A stretch of 63,512 bases of DNA, the filler included, from Actinomycetota bacterium (GTDB lineage: Bacteria > Actinomycetota > Actinomycetes > JAKEEW01): the NCBI GenBank assembly GCA_046725875.1. It is 5 parts of 5 records of this genome, joined end to end, with 100 filler letters (N's around TTAATTAATTAA, not from the genome) between each part and the next. Parts side by side here need not be neighbours in the genome. Positions count along the whole stretch, not along the records: positions 32,886 to 53,459 come from JBKOZJ010000067.1; positions 53,560 to 60,011 come from JBKOZJ010000068.1; 3 more parts are not named here. One strand, given 5' to 3'. The position numbers were made by a program, and so were the translations under genes. The notes under the pieces were generated by a model, which was not told the origin of the DNA, searched no databases, and saw only the letters and a program-made list of their open reading frames with translations. The stretch's first letter is position 1. Each line of letters starts with the position of its first letter. Positions 48,817 to 58,335 of this stretch are shown piece by piece.

Positions 48817-48878
48817 CGTCTCAATATGTGCCCGGCGAAAGGGTCGGATAGCCAGAATCCGATGGCGGGTGGCAGGCA

Positions 48879-49029
48879 ACCTGTCAGCACTCCATGCGAG
48901 ATCGCGAAACCTGTCAGCTGTCCAAGTTGCTATGGCGACCTTGCCGGCTGACAAGTAAGCCGCGACAAGCGTGCAAAACCGACTTGTCAGATTGCCCGGT
49001 CGTTCCGGCGCTGTCCGTTCCTGACAAGT
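48879..49029. repeat. REP-like tandem units with 9-bp inverted ends
   Basis: AC(C/T)TGTCAG-N30-CTGACAAGT at 48909-48956 and 48982-49029, extra ACCTGTCAG at 48879. Confidence 0.6.
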
Positions 49030-49269
49030 GCCGCTTTGATAGCCATATCAAGCAGCAATCTGGCAGACGCGCCGCTCTCCAGAGCGACCCCAACGACTGA
49101 GAACTAGCCGATCTTGTGGGAAGCGTCTGATAACTCGCCGATGAACGCCGCACGGGCCAGATCTGCATCTGCCGGCTCCCTTAGGCATTGCGGCGCCCTC
49201 GGCCTCCCGGGCTCTTACAGCACTGGGCTGATCCGCGCGAGACGCTATTTGGTGCGGGATTGTTGGGCG

Positions 49270-50250
49270 TTAGAGCTGGGTGTACTTCTCGACGACGAGA
49301 CTGGTGTCGGCCGGTAGCACACCCTGTGCGGTCATGTCGTTCGCGACCCGTTGCAGGCGATCAGGCACTACTGATTGCGGGAACTGACCGATCCGGGCAA
49401 GCGCGGCGGTCTGGGCGCTGACCTTCATATTGTCGACGAGCACCTTCTCGACTTCGGTGCGGTCGACCGCCAGGGCCTTGGCAGCGGTAAGACCGGCAAT
49501 GAAGGCTTCCGTCACGTCCTTGTGGCGCTTGGTCCACGAGGCGCTCGCCACGTACCCGCTGAGCGGAACCTCCTCGGTGGGGCCGGTGGCGGTATCGAAG
49601 AGCCGGCGCACACCAGGCACTTCCTTGCTGCCCTGCTCGGCTACCGAGACATAGGGCTCGGGCATCCAGGCTGCCTGGACCGTGCCGTCCCGCAGCGCCT
49701 GCGCCATCTCCTTGAACGGCATCGTTACGAACGACTTGTTTGGGTTTGCGATGCGGATGTTGCTGGCGGCGAGACTGGCGGTGGTCAACAGCTCACCGAA
49801 CCCAGCCCGCTGATCTACGGCGATGGTGGCGTTGGCGAGGTCGGCCGGTTTGGAGATTCGACTGTCTTTTGCAACGACGATTTCGAGCGTCCCTGGTCCA
49901 GCCTGGTAGCCCTCGGCGAGGATGCGCAGGTCCTTTCCCTCGGCCTGCTCCTTGAATAGCGACACGTAGTCGGCGAGGACCATGTCCACCTTGCCATCTT
50001 CGAGGGCCTTCAGGCTTTCCTCAGGCTTGACCGGTACCGCCTGGACCTGGAGGCCTTCCTTGGCGAACAAGTGGTGCTCGATACCGACATAGACGGGGGC
50101 GGCATCGACCGACGCCGGTACGCCGACCTTGATGGAGCTCTTGGAGAGATCGCGATCCGTTCCCTCTGTAGATGAGCAGCCGGCGACGAACGTCACGACC
50201 GCGGCGCCGGCGGCGACCGCGATCGACGCACGACGCGTCAAATTTGGCAT
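49270..50250 (-). CDS. NitT/TauT (NMT1/THI5-like) ABC substrate-binding lipoprotein, no transporter partner in view
   Basis: Lipobox VAGC, LFAKEGLQV, AAWMPEPY. Confidence 0.85.
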   Translation of the reverse strand: MPNLTRRASIAVAAGAAVVTFVAGCSSTEGTDRDLSKSSIKVGVPASVDAAPVYVGIEHHLFAKEGLQVQAVPVKPEESLKALEDGKVDMVLADYVSLFKEQAEGKDLRILAEGYQAGPGTLEIVVAKDSRISKPADLANATIAVDQRAGFGELLTTASLAASNIRIANPNKSFVTMPFKEMAQALRDGTVQAAWMPEPYVSVAEQGSKEVPGVRRLFDTATGPTEEVPLSGYVASASWTKRHKDVTEAFIAGLTAAKALAVDRTEVEKVLVDNMKVSAQTAALARIGQFPQSVVPDRLQRVANDMTAQGVLPADTSLVVEKYTQL

Positions 50251-50501
50251 TTTGACGCGGAACACGAGCACTCCTTGCAAGGCTATAGGCGGGTCCATGT
50301 TGCGAGGTCTCGCGGCGGGCACGTCGCCGCATAGTACCGGCATGTGCCAGCAAATGTTGTCGATGTTGTAGAAAGAGGACGAGCTGTGCTGCAATGGCCC
50401 GCTGACAGGCTGCGTCGGCTTCGGGCTGCCGCGCCTACCTGAGGGCGCGGCGATGCAGCCTGCCGGCGCGTGCCGGGTCGAGGCGAAGGTTGCGAGGGCA
50501 A

Positions 50502-53459
50502 GTGCAGAGACGATCAACGACGTCGCGCCGAGGTTCTCACCCGGTTCCGCCGTCGTTCACCACATTCCGTGAAGAGCCGACCACCCAGGGTACAGACCCA
50601 GCCAGACCGGTACCTCAGCCAAGCCTGAACGGGCAGCAGTCGCGGTCGGGTCACCGCTACGCACTGCGCAACTGGCGGGTGCGCACCCGGCTCGTCGCCC
50701 TGATCTTGGTGCCTACCCTGGCGGCCGTCGTCCTCGCCGGTTTACGAGTCGCCACCTCGCTGAGCACCTCCGAGGGATACGCCCGTACGTACGAGCTCGC
50801 CCAGATCGACGAACGGGTCGTCGACCTCATCCTCGGGCTGCAAGACGAGCGGGACGAGATGGGCCGGTTCGTGGTCAACGGCCGGGCTCCCGCCGACCGC
50901 GCGCTCGTCGAGGGACGCGCGGCCACCACCGACGGCCTGGTGCAGGCATACCGCGAGCAGGTCGACACGTTCCGCGAGACGTTCGACAACGACGAAATCA
51001 ACCAGCAGCTCGACCGGATCGAGGCGCGGTTGAGTCGGTTGAACGAGATCCGCGCAGCAGGTCTCAAATCGCAGATCCAGGCCCCGACCGCCACCGGGAC
51101 GTACACGTCCATCATTGACGAACTGCTCGACTTCAACGGCGAGATTGGCCAAGGCAGCAAGGACGACGAGATCACGCAGAGCGTTCGCGCGCTGGACGCG
51201 CTGGCCCGGACTGAGGAGTTCGCCGCTCGGCAACGGGGCTTGCTCTTCCGCGCGATAAGCAACGGCGCGTTCGGTCCCAATGAACTCCAGGAGCTCGCTG
51301 TCGAACAGGCGCGGCGGGACAGCTCGCTCGCCGACTTCAACCGGAGCGCATCGCCGGACCAGCTCGCGCTCTACGACGCGCTGCTGTCCGGCAGCGAGGC
51401 GCAGGACACCGCGCGCCTGTTGTCCCAGGTCTCGAGCGCAGCCGCCGCAGGTCAAGACATTCGCGATGTACGGGACCAGAACAACCAGCTGATCAACGCG
51501 GACGTCTGGTTCCAGACCGCCAAGGGCGAGCTCGACCTGCTCCGGGCGGTCGAACGGCGGGTCATCCAGGACCTCAACGAGCGCAGCCAGCAGCTGCAGG
51601 ATGACGCACAGCGCGGCGCGCTTCTCGACACCCTCGTCGTCGCGCTGGTCTTGTTCCTCGCCTTCCTCGGGATCTCGATCATGGGCCGGTCGATGACGCG
51701 GCCGCTGCGTCGGCTGCGCGGCAGCGCCTTCGAAGTCGCGGAGAGCCGGCTGCCCGATATCGTCCGGCGGCTCGAGGACGGCGAGACCCAGGGCCGGGAT
51801 ATCAAGATCGAGCTGGTCCCGGTCAACTCCAAGGACGAGATCGGTGAGGTGGCCCGGGCCTTCGACGCGGTGCATGCGCAGGCGGTGCGACTCGCCGTGG
51901 AGCAGGCGGAGCTGCGCAGCAACGTAAACGCGATGTTCGTCAACCTCTCTCGGCGCAGCCAGGGACTGGTCGAGCGCCAGCTGCGGCTCATCGAAGATCT
52001 GGAGAACTCCGAACAGGACCCGGATCAGCTCGCCAACCTCTTCCGGCTCGACCACCTTGCGACCCGTATGCGGCGAAACGGGGAAAACCTGCTCGTTCTC
52101 GCTGGCGAGGAGCCCGAGCGCCGGTGGAGTCAGCCGGTCGCGCTCGTCGACGTCATCCGGGCCGCAATCTCGGAGGTCGAGCAGTACGAGCGGATCGAGC
52201 TAGCGGCGCTGCCCAACGTGGAGGTCGCCGGGCGCTCCGTAAACGACGTGGTTCACCTGCTCGCCGAAGTTCTCGAGAACGCCACCGTGTTCTCCTCTGG
52301 CGACACAAGAGTCAACGTTGCCGGCCATGTGCTGGGCAGCGGTGGCGTGATGATCGAGGTCGAGGACCACGGCATCGGGATCGAGCCCGCCGAGCTCGAA
52401 GCGATCAACGAGCGGCTGACCAACCCTCCGGTCATCGACGTCTCGGTGTCTCGCCGGATGGGCCTGTTCGTGGTCGGCCGGCTGGCGCACCGTCACGGCA
52501 TCAGGGTGCGCCTACGCTCTGGGGCAGGCGGCGGAATCGCCGCACTGGTCGCGCTGCCGCCCGACCTGGTGGCCTTCACCTCGGGTGCCGTCCCGGTAGG
52601 CGCGGGAGCCGGGCTGATTCCAGCGCCGCAGGCTGATGCAGGTGCCGTCCGCCCGCTCCAGGGCGCGGTCGGCTCCGCCGCGAACCCGTTCGGCCCACCC
52701 CTTGGGCCACGGCCGGAGCTTCCGACCTCGGCGCCCGGCCGCAACGGCGCCGGCATCGCTGAAGTGGGTCCCGACGGGCGCCCGGGGGCGCCCTTCCAGG
52801 AGCCGCCGGCGCCACCGTTCGCAGCACCGCAGACCCCGCTGACGGGGACGGTCCTGCCGCCGCTCGACCGGGCAACTGGAGAGCCGCCGGCGCCGCCCGG
52901 CGTGGGCGCCGGACCGTCATCACGATCGGCGACCGGTGGGATCCCGCTGCCGCCGCCAACCGGTGGCTTTTCGCCGGCCCCGGGGACGGGCGCCGTCCCA
53001 CCGCCGCCGGCCACGGGTGGAAGCCCGCAGACTCCGGGGACCGGCATCCCACGACCTCCGAGCACCGGTCCGCTTCCGTATGCCCCTGGCTCAGCGCCGG
53101 CTTCTGGGCCTGCCGCTCGCGAACAGATCCGGGCCGAGCCGCCAGCACCGCCGCGGCCCCCGGCGACCGGGGGAGTCCCGCAGCCCCCGGAAGGTACGAC
53201 TCCGGCAGGTGGCACAACCGACCTGGAACCGACCTCCGACCAGCCCGGACCGGCTCCGGGGCATCCGCTCCGGCAGCTCCCACCGCTCACCGCGGCCGAT
53301 CGCGCCCGGGTCACCGGCAGCACGGTGCTGGGCGGTGACGTCCTCGATCCTGCGGCGGCAGCCTCCCATGCAGATCGTGACGCGGAGCCGATCTTCGCGG
53401 AGATCCAGTCCGAGTGGTTCCGTCGCCGGTCCCGGCCGGCGCCGTCCGCAGCTCAGGTG
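50502..53459 (+). CDS. NIT-domain sensor histidine kinase (conservon CvnA-like), partial
   Basis: TM-LQDER(NIT)-TM-HAMP(DEIGEVARAF)-FVNLSRRSQ..LDHLATRMRRNGENLLVLAG-ENATVFS-DHGIG-GLFVV, then a Pro-rich tail; cut by linker; start approximate. Confidence 0.9.
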
Positions 53460-53559
53460 NNNNNNNNNNNNNNNNNNNNNNNNNNNNNNNNNNNNNNNNN
53501 NNNTTAATTAATTAANNNNNNNNNNNNNNNNNNNNNNNNNNNNNNNNNNNNNNNNNNNN
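53460..53559. other. Assembly linker
   Basis: N run around TTAATTAATTAA. Confidence 0.99.
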
Positions 53560-53760
53560 CGCCAGCTCCCGCCGGTCCGCGATGCTCAGCCGACCGTCAT
53601 TGGCACCCCTGGGATCCGGCCGGGGTTGGCCGACCCGCGTCGGCAACGCGTTCTTGGTCAGGTCAGTATCCTGCGCCCCGCGAGGGGCGGGCCGGTCTTC
53701 CCGCTGGCCTGGCGCAACGATCCCGGCATAGAGCTCCCGGGCGAACGAACGGCGGCGCCC
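53560..53760 (-). mobile_element. Degenerate IS3-family transposase OrfA-like segment
   Basis: RRRSFARELYAGIV..QRED..AQDTDLTKNAL..VGQ..DGRLSIADRRELA resembles the actinobacterial IS3 OrfA N-terminus. Confidence 0.55.
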
Positions 53761-53869
53761 CGGATTGTTGCCCACCCCGGAGCGGCATGCACTCGGCTGC
53801 TCCAGGCGAGGGGCATCGCCGGGCATATGCGCCGGACCGCCCGCCCCCGGTGGCATTGGTCCTGCCCGT

Positions 53870-54125
53870 TGGTGATCCACCCCCGGGGCGGCCGCAAACC
53901 AGCTCCCTCGCTCCGGCCCGGTCAGCTGCAGCGCATCAGCCAGCAACCGCACGGTATCGATGTGCGGCGACCGCACCCGGCCGGCCTCAAGTTCGCGCAC
54001 TTGCGCTCGCTCACTTCGGCGCGGGCGGCCAACTACTCCTGCGACAGCAGGGCCCGGCGCCGGCGGCCCCGCAGGAGTGCAGCGAATGAGCCAGGGGGCG
54101 GCGGGGGGCTCATCAGCTGCTCCAT
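53870..54125 (-). pseudogene. XRE-family HTH gene with nonsense and frameshift lesions
   Basis: FAALLRGRRRRALLSQE*LAARAEVSER/VRELEAGRVRSPHIDTVRLLADAL; TAG at 54033-54035, frameshift near 54002. Confidence 0.75.
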
Positions 54126-54394
54126 GTCCAGTCCCTGCCCGTGCCGGCCGCCAGAGGTGATCGTTATCTCGTCCTCCCCAGGCCGACATGACGGTCGTCC
54201 CATCGGTCTCGGTAGGGGCGCCGTGGGCGTCATGGGACCCGCCGTTGGGCCACTTCGTTCTCCTTCGGGCCGGTCGCGTTCGCGCTCCTCGATCGCGAAC
54301 GACCCGCCCGGGTCCGGAATCACTGCAGTCTTGATCTTCACACCCGTGTCCGTCCTCATGTCCGAGCGGCGCGACTTATGGTCACCCGCTTCGA

Positions 54395-54436
54395 TGGTGG
54401 CCAGTTTGTGCGCGTTGGTGGCCAGTTTGTGCGCGT
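54395..54436. repeat. Perfect 21-bp tandem repeat, probable AraC-type binding site
   Basis: TGGTGGCCAGTTTGTGCGCGT twice. Confidence 0.75.
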
Positions 54437-54524
54437 CGGCCGTGATCGCATTGTCCCGGTGCGTACTGGTGGTTGTCCGAACGCGCATGGGTGGTGACAA
54501 CTGCTCGATGCCGGGCTTACCGTC

Positions 54525-55511
54525 GTGGCTGTGGACGTCGCCACCGACCTGCCGTCCTCTGCCCGTGCCGTCGTCGGACCGGTGCGTCCTAAGGGTGCTC
54601 CGGTCCTTGGCTTCGACCAATTTCACGATGCGGTGTCCGCTGCCTTCGTCCCGCTTCAAGTGGCGACGACGTCCGCCGCGCCGTTCGTGGGCGAGCTCGC
54701 GACCGCGCCGCTGGGTGTCATGCTCCTGGCGTGCGTTAGCGGCTCGCCGATCACCGTCACCCGCACCCCGCGGATGATCCGGGCGGCAGACAGCGGGTAT
54801 CTCAAAGTTGGCGTCCAGACGCACGGCGCCTGCATCCTCACTCAGGACGGACGTGAGGCGGCGCTGACACCCGGAGACATCGCGGTCTACGACACCACCC
54901 GGCCCTACGAGCTGCTGTTCGCGCACGATTACCAGATGCTGGTGCTCATGCTGACGCGGCAGCTGCTATCGACCCGTCCGCACACCCTGATAGACGTCAC
55001 CGCGCGGCGCATCTCTGGACACACCGGCATGGGGACCGTGCTCTCGCCGTTCCTCACGTTGCTGGCTCGGCAGTCACTCGTCGGTGACCTCCAGCCAAGC
55101 ATGGAGGTGTGCGACGCCGTTGTTGATTTGGTGAGTGCGACCTGTCGTAGCGCCGCAGACTCGGCGGACACCGTTCCGCCCTTGGCGCAGCAGGCGCTGC
55201 TTCTTCGCGTACAAACATTCATCGAGGAGCGGCTCGGCGATCCATCCTTGGATCCCGCGACCGTGGCGGCGGCGCACCACATGTCGGTGCGGTATCTCCA
55301 GAAACTGTTCCAGGCGGAGGGAACGACGGTGAGCGCATGGATCCGGCGACGCCGGCTCGAACGATGCCTGCGCGATCTACGCGACGAACGGCTCCGCGCG
55401 ATACCCGCAGCCGCGATCGGCGCCCGGTTGGGCTATACCGAGCCGGCCAATTTCGCCCGCGCCTTCCGGCGTGAGTTCGGGAGCCCCCCGTCAACCTTCC
55501 GTCCAAACTGA
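54525..55511 (+). CDS. AraC family regulator (FeaR-like ligand-binding domain)
   Basis: QDGREAALTPGDIAVYDTTRPY, HHMSVRYLQKLF, WIRRRRLE, FARAFRREFG. Confidence 0.9.
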   Translation: MAVDVATDLPSSARAVVGPVRPKGAPVLGFDQFHDAVSAAFVPLQVATTSAAPFVGELATAPLGVMLLACVSGSPITVTRTPRMIRAADSGYLKVGVQTHGACILTQDGREAALTPGDIAVYDTTRPYELLFAHDYQMLVLMLTRQLLSTRPHTLIDVTARRISGHTGMGTVLSPFLTLLARQSLVGDLQPSMEVCDAVVDLVSATCRSAADSADTVPPLAQQALLLRVQTFIEERLGDPSLDPATVAAAHHMSVRYLQKLFQAEGTTVSAWIRRRRLERCLRDLRDERLRAIPAAAIGARLGYTEPANFARAFRREFGSPPSTFRPN

Positions 55512-55557
55512 CGCTCGAACATAAGCGCACGCGTCGGCCGGACCAGTCGAACTCGGC

Positions 55558-55770
55558 CTATCGAGGAACGAGCTGGTCCTGGTGCCCGCGAGCCTGAAGC
55601 CCGGTCGCACGAACCTCGACGGCATCAACGCGAGCCGCAGTGGCACGCGCCGGCGGCTCGTTCGCGCCATCAGCATCTGGTTCGGTCTCCGCCCGCTTGA
55701 TGATGAGCCACGTCGCTGCAGAGAGCATAAGGAGGATCACCATCTCGGATGTCATGTAGATCCAGTTCAT
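55558..55770 (-). CDS. Possible small single-pass membrane protein (70 aa)
   Basis: MNWIYMTSEMVILLMLSAATWLIIKR hydrophobic N-terminus; weak RBS. Confidence 0.35.
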   Translation of the reverse strand: MNWIYMTSEMVILLMLSAATWLIIKRAETEPDADGANEPPARATAARVDAVEVRATGLQARGHQDQLVPR

Positions 55771-56468
55771 AACTTGTCTGCCCCTTGACTGGATTGACTG
55801 CGCCGGGGTGGCACCCACTAGCTGTCGCCTGCAGGCTGGCCCGCCAGGCTGGGATCTCCCTGAGATTGGGATTGGTGCCAGCTGTGAATGTCCGCGGCGA
55901 GCCCGTGGGGTGCCACAACCCGGTCACATGCGCCGTGCACGCCGGACAGCGACACCAACGTCGCCTCGACGTGCATCCAGACGCCGTACGCGTTCCACCC
56001 GATGTACGCCACCTCGAGCGAGCACACCCGGGTGCCGGGGGCCGCCCACTCGTACAACGTGGCCTTCTCCGACGAGATCGGTCATTTCGAGCCGGTTCTT
56101 GCAGTCCGACGTTCAACGGCGGGCATACAGCCCCATCGGGATCGAGGCGGACCTACCGCGAATCGAGGCGGCCGACTTCGGGCCGACCGTGCGATCCTGG
56201 CAGTGCTGATCCCGCGGCTACCGAAGCGGCTGAGGAGCTACCAGCTCATAGCACCGCGGTCTGAGGGCCAGTTGGGAAATGGACGGCGGCGACAAGGTGA
56301 CGAGGCGGCCCCGGCAGTACCAGCGTTGGTGACGGCACGCCGACCGCGGGTGGCGCCAACCTCGAGCCTGACCTGGCCGAGCGGTTGTTCGGATAAGGGC
56401 GGAGTTCGGCCAAGGGTCAAGTCAACCCAAGACGCGCGGTACTTCATGGCAGGACTCCTCCACCCGAG

Positions 56469-56924
56469 TCAGATGACGTCCTCGTGCTCCCAGTAGCCCC
56501 AATAACGCATCCGCGAGGGGCGGTGTACCCGAAGGACGTTCTCCCCGCGTGCCCGCTCATCCGGATCGCGAGCGGGCACACTCATAATGACGCCGCCGAC
56601 TTGGAGGTGTGCTGCGGCTTCCTCGAAGTCTGGCCCTAGCGTCATATTCTCGACGGCCCGAATCACCCGCCCCCTCAGCCCGTGGTGCACGCCCGCAGGA
56701 TCGATGCGACGAATACCTTCGTCTCCACAGATGGCGAAGACCTCATCCGTTTGGAATCCGGCACTGGTCAAATCGGCAAACGCGGACGCCGCATTATCCG
56801 GATCCGGCAACCAAGCGACGAGTCTATGCCGTGGCTCGGTGAGCAGGTCCGGACCAGGCGGCTCCGCAAAAAGGTCGTCGATACTCAACGTACTCACCTT
56901 CCTTCCGTTCCTGAAGGCAGACAC
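56469..56924 (-). CDS. Hypothetical protein
   Basis: Coherent 151-aa ORF with a globular alpha/beta pattern; start uncertain. Confidence 0.6.
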   Translation of the reverse strand: MSAFRNGRKVSTLSIDDLFAEPPGPDLLTEPRHRLVAWLPDPDNAASAFADLTSAGFQTDEVFAICGDEGIRRIDPAGVHHGLRGRVIRAVENMTLGPDFEEAAAHLQVGGVIMSVPARDPDERARGENVLRVHRPSRMRYWGYWEHEDVI

Positions 56925-56959
56925 CTTGAGTCTGCACGAGGCAGATACTCGGGTGAAGG

Positions 56960-57125
56960 GCGAAGGAGTCTCGGCAGCAGCCGCGTCGGCGCGGCCAGGA
57001 CCGCCCGGTCCGCCCAGTCCAGGCGCGGCCTTGGGTCCCGCGCCGAAGCACCGCCACCTGGTGACGCAACCCGAGCAGCTCGACGTCCTTCGACGCGTTA
57101 GAGCGGGCAGCAGCCCGAGCCCGCC
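56960..57125 (-). mobile_element. Relic of an integrase-core (rve) transposase N-terminus
   Basis: SNASKDVELLGLRHQVAVLRR / PRLDWADRAVLAAPTRLLPR with frameshifts. Confidence 0.65.
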
Positions 57126-57214
57126 GACGGTTGGGGTGAAGATCAGAGAGGCGCGCCTCGCCAGACCAGATGCCTGCGCGGGACGGGTGTGGCCTGGATC
57201 CAGGTCAGGCCATC

Positions 57215-58105
57215 TCAGTGACCGAGGAAGTCAGTCAGCGCGGCAGCCGTGTGCTCGGGGTGCTCCTCAGGAAAGAAGTGACCGCCGTCGACCGGCCAGC
57301 CGGTCACGTTGTCTGCAAGCTCTCGCCACAGCGACAGTGGGCCGCCGTCATCGCTGTACCACGTCGATAGGGGTCCGGCGCGGCTCCACAGCGCGAGGAC
57401 GGGACACCCAATCCGGTGGCCAGCTGCACGATCGGCAGCGTCGTGGTCGCGATCGATTGTCGCGGCGGCGCGGTATTCCTCGCAGATGGCGTGCACGTGG
57501 CTGGGGTCGCTGAGCGCGGCGAGGTAGGCCGACCGTACCGGGTCGGGGAAGGAGTCGGCGGGCGTGCCCCATTCGTGACTCAGCGCATTTGCGATCACAG
57601 CCTGCGGGGCCGAACCGATCAGGCGCTCGGGGAACGGTTCGGGTTGGGCCAGCAGCGACCACGGCCAGAATGCGAGCGCAAACCGCGCGTCTGCCCGGTC
57701 CCAGACCGCGTCGACTGGCAACACGTCGAGCGCGGCCAGCTTGGAAATGGTTCCTGGGTGATCTAGCGCCGCGCGATAGGCGACCCGCCCGCCGCGATCG
57801 TGTCCGGCCACCGCGAAACGGTCATGGCCGAGGTGCGCCATGACGGCGACCATGTCGCGGGCCATCGCCCGCTTGGCGTAGGGCGCGTGGTCGGTGCTCG
57901 ATCGAGGGCAGCTGCTGCCGCCGTAGCCGCGAAGATCGGCGCATACCACGGTGAACTGGGTGGCGAGCAATGGCGCGATGTCTCGCCACATCAGCAGCGT
58001 TTGCGGGAAACCGTGGAGGAGTAACACCGGCGCGCCAACCCCGCCGCACCGCACGTTGATCATTGCCTCGTCAGTCTCGACGATCACCGATTCGAACTCG
58101 TCCAC
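57215..58105 (-). CDS. Alpha/beta hydrolase, haloacetate dehalogenase-like
   Basis: LLLHGFPQT, GHDRGGRV, CEEYRA, GHFFPEE. Confidence 0.88.
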   Translation of the reverse strand: MDEFESVIVETDEAMINVRCGGVGAPVLLLHGFPQTLLMWRDIAPLLATQFTVVCADLRGYGGSSCPRSSTDHAPYAKRAMARDMVAVMAHLGHDRFAVAGHDRGGRVAYRAALDHPGTISKLAALDVLPVDAVWDRADARFALAFWPWSLLAQPEPFPERLIGSAPQAVIANALSHEWGTPADSFPDPVRSAYLAALSDPSHVHAICEEYRAAATIDRDHDAADRAAGHRIGCPVLALWSRAGPLSTWYSDDGGPLSLWRELADNVTGWPVDGGHFFPEEHPEHTAAALTDFLGH

Positions 58106-58335
58106 AACGCGAACCTAACGGGCCGGCCAGGTCGTTGCTTAGGCCTCGATTCGTCGTGATCTTTACCAGGGCAGCAGGCGGCCCGCACTGCGGTTGTCGC
58201 CTTTGCTTGGAGACCCGCTGTTCGTCAGTGTTGATGTCAGTTGTATGTCGGCTCCGGCTCCGTATGAACGGCTACCGGGCATCGGGCCGTTCGACGGGCC
58301 TTCCAGGGCCTGTGAGCCAGTCCTAGACTCCGGGC

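Noticed and set aside
54033..54035. In-frame TAG as possible recoding or readthrough
   Set aside because: A frameshift follows about 30 nt later, so pseudogenisation is the simpler explanation
53626..54926. 383-aa (+) and 297-aa (-) ORFs
   Set aside because: Composite shadows over the XRE pseudogene, intergenic repeat and AraC gene
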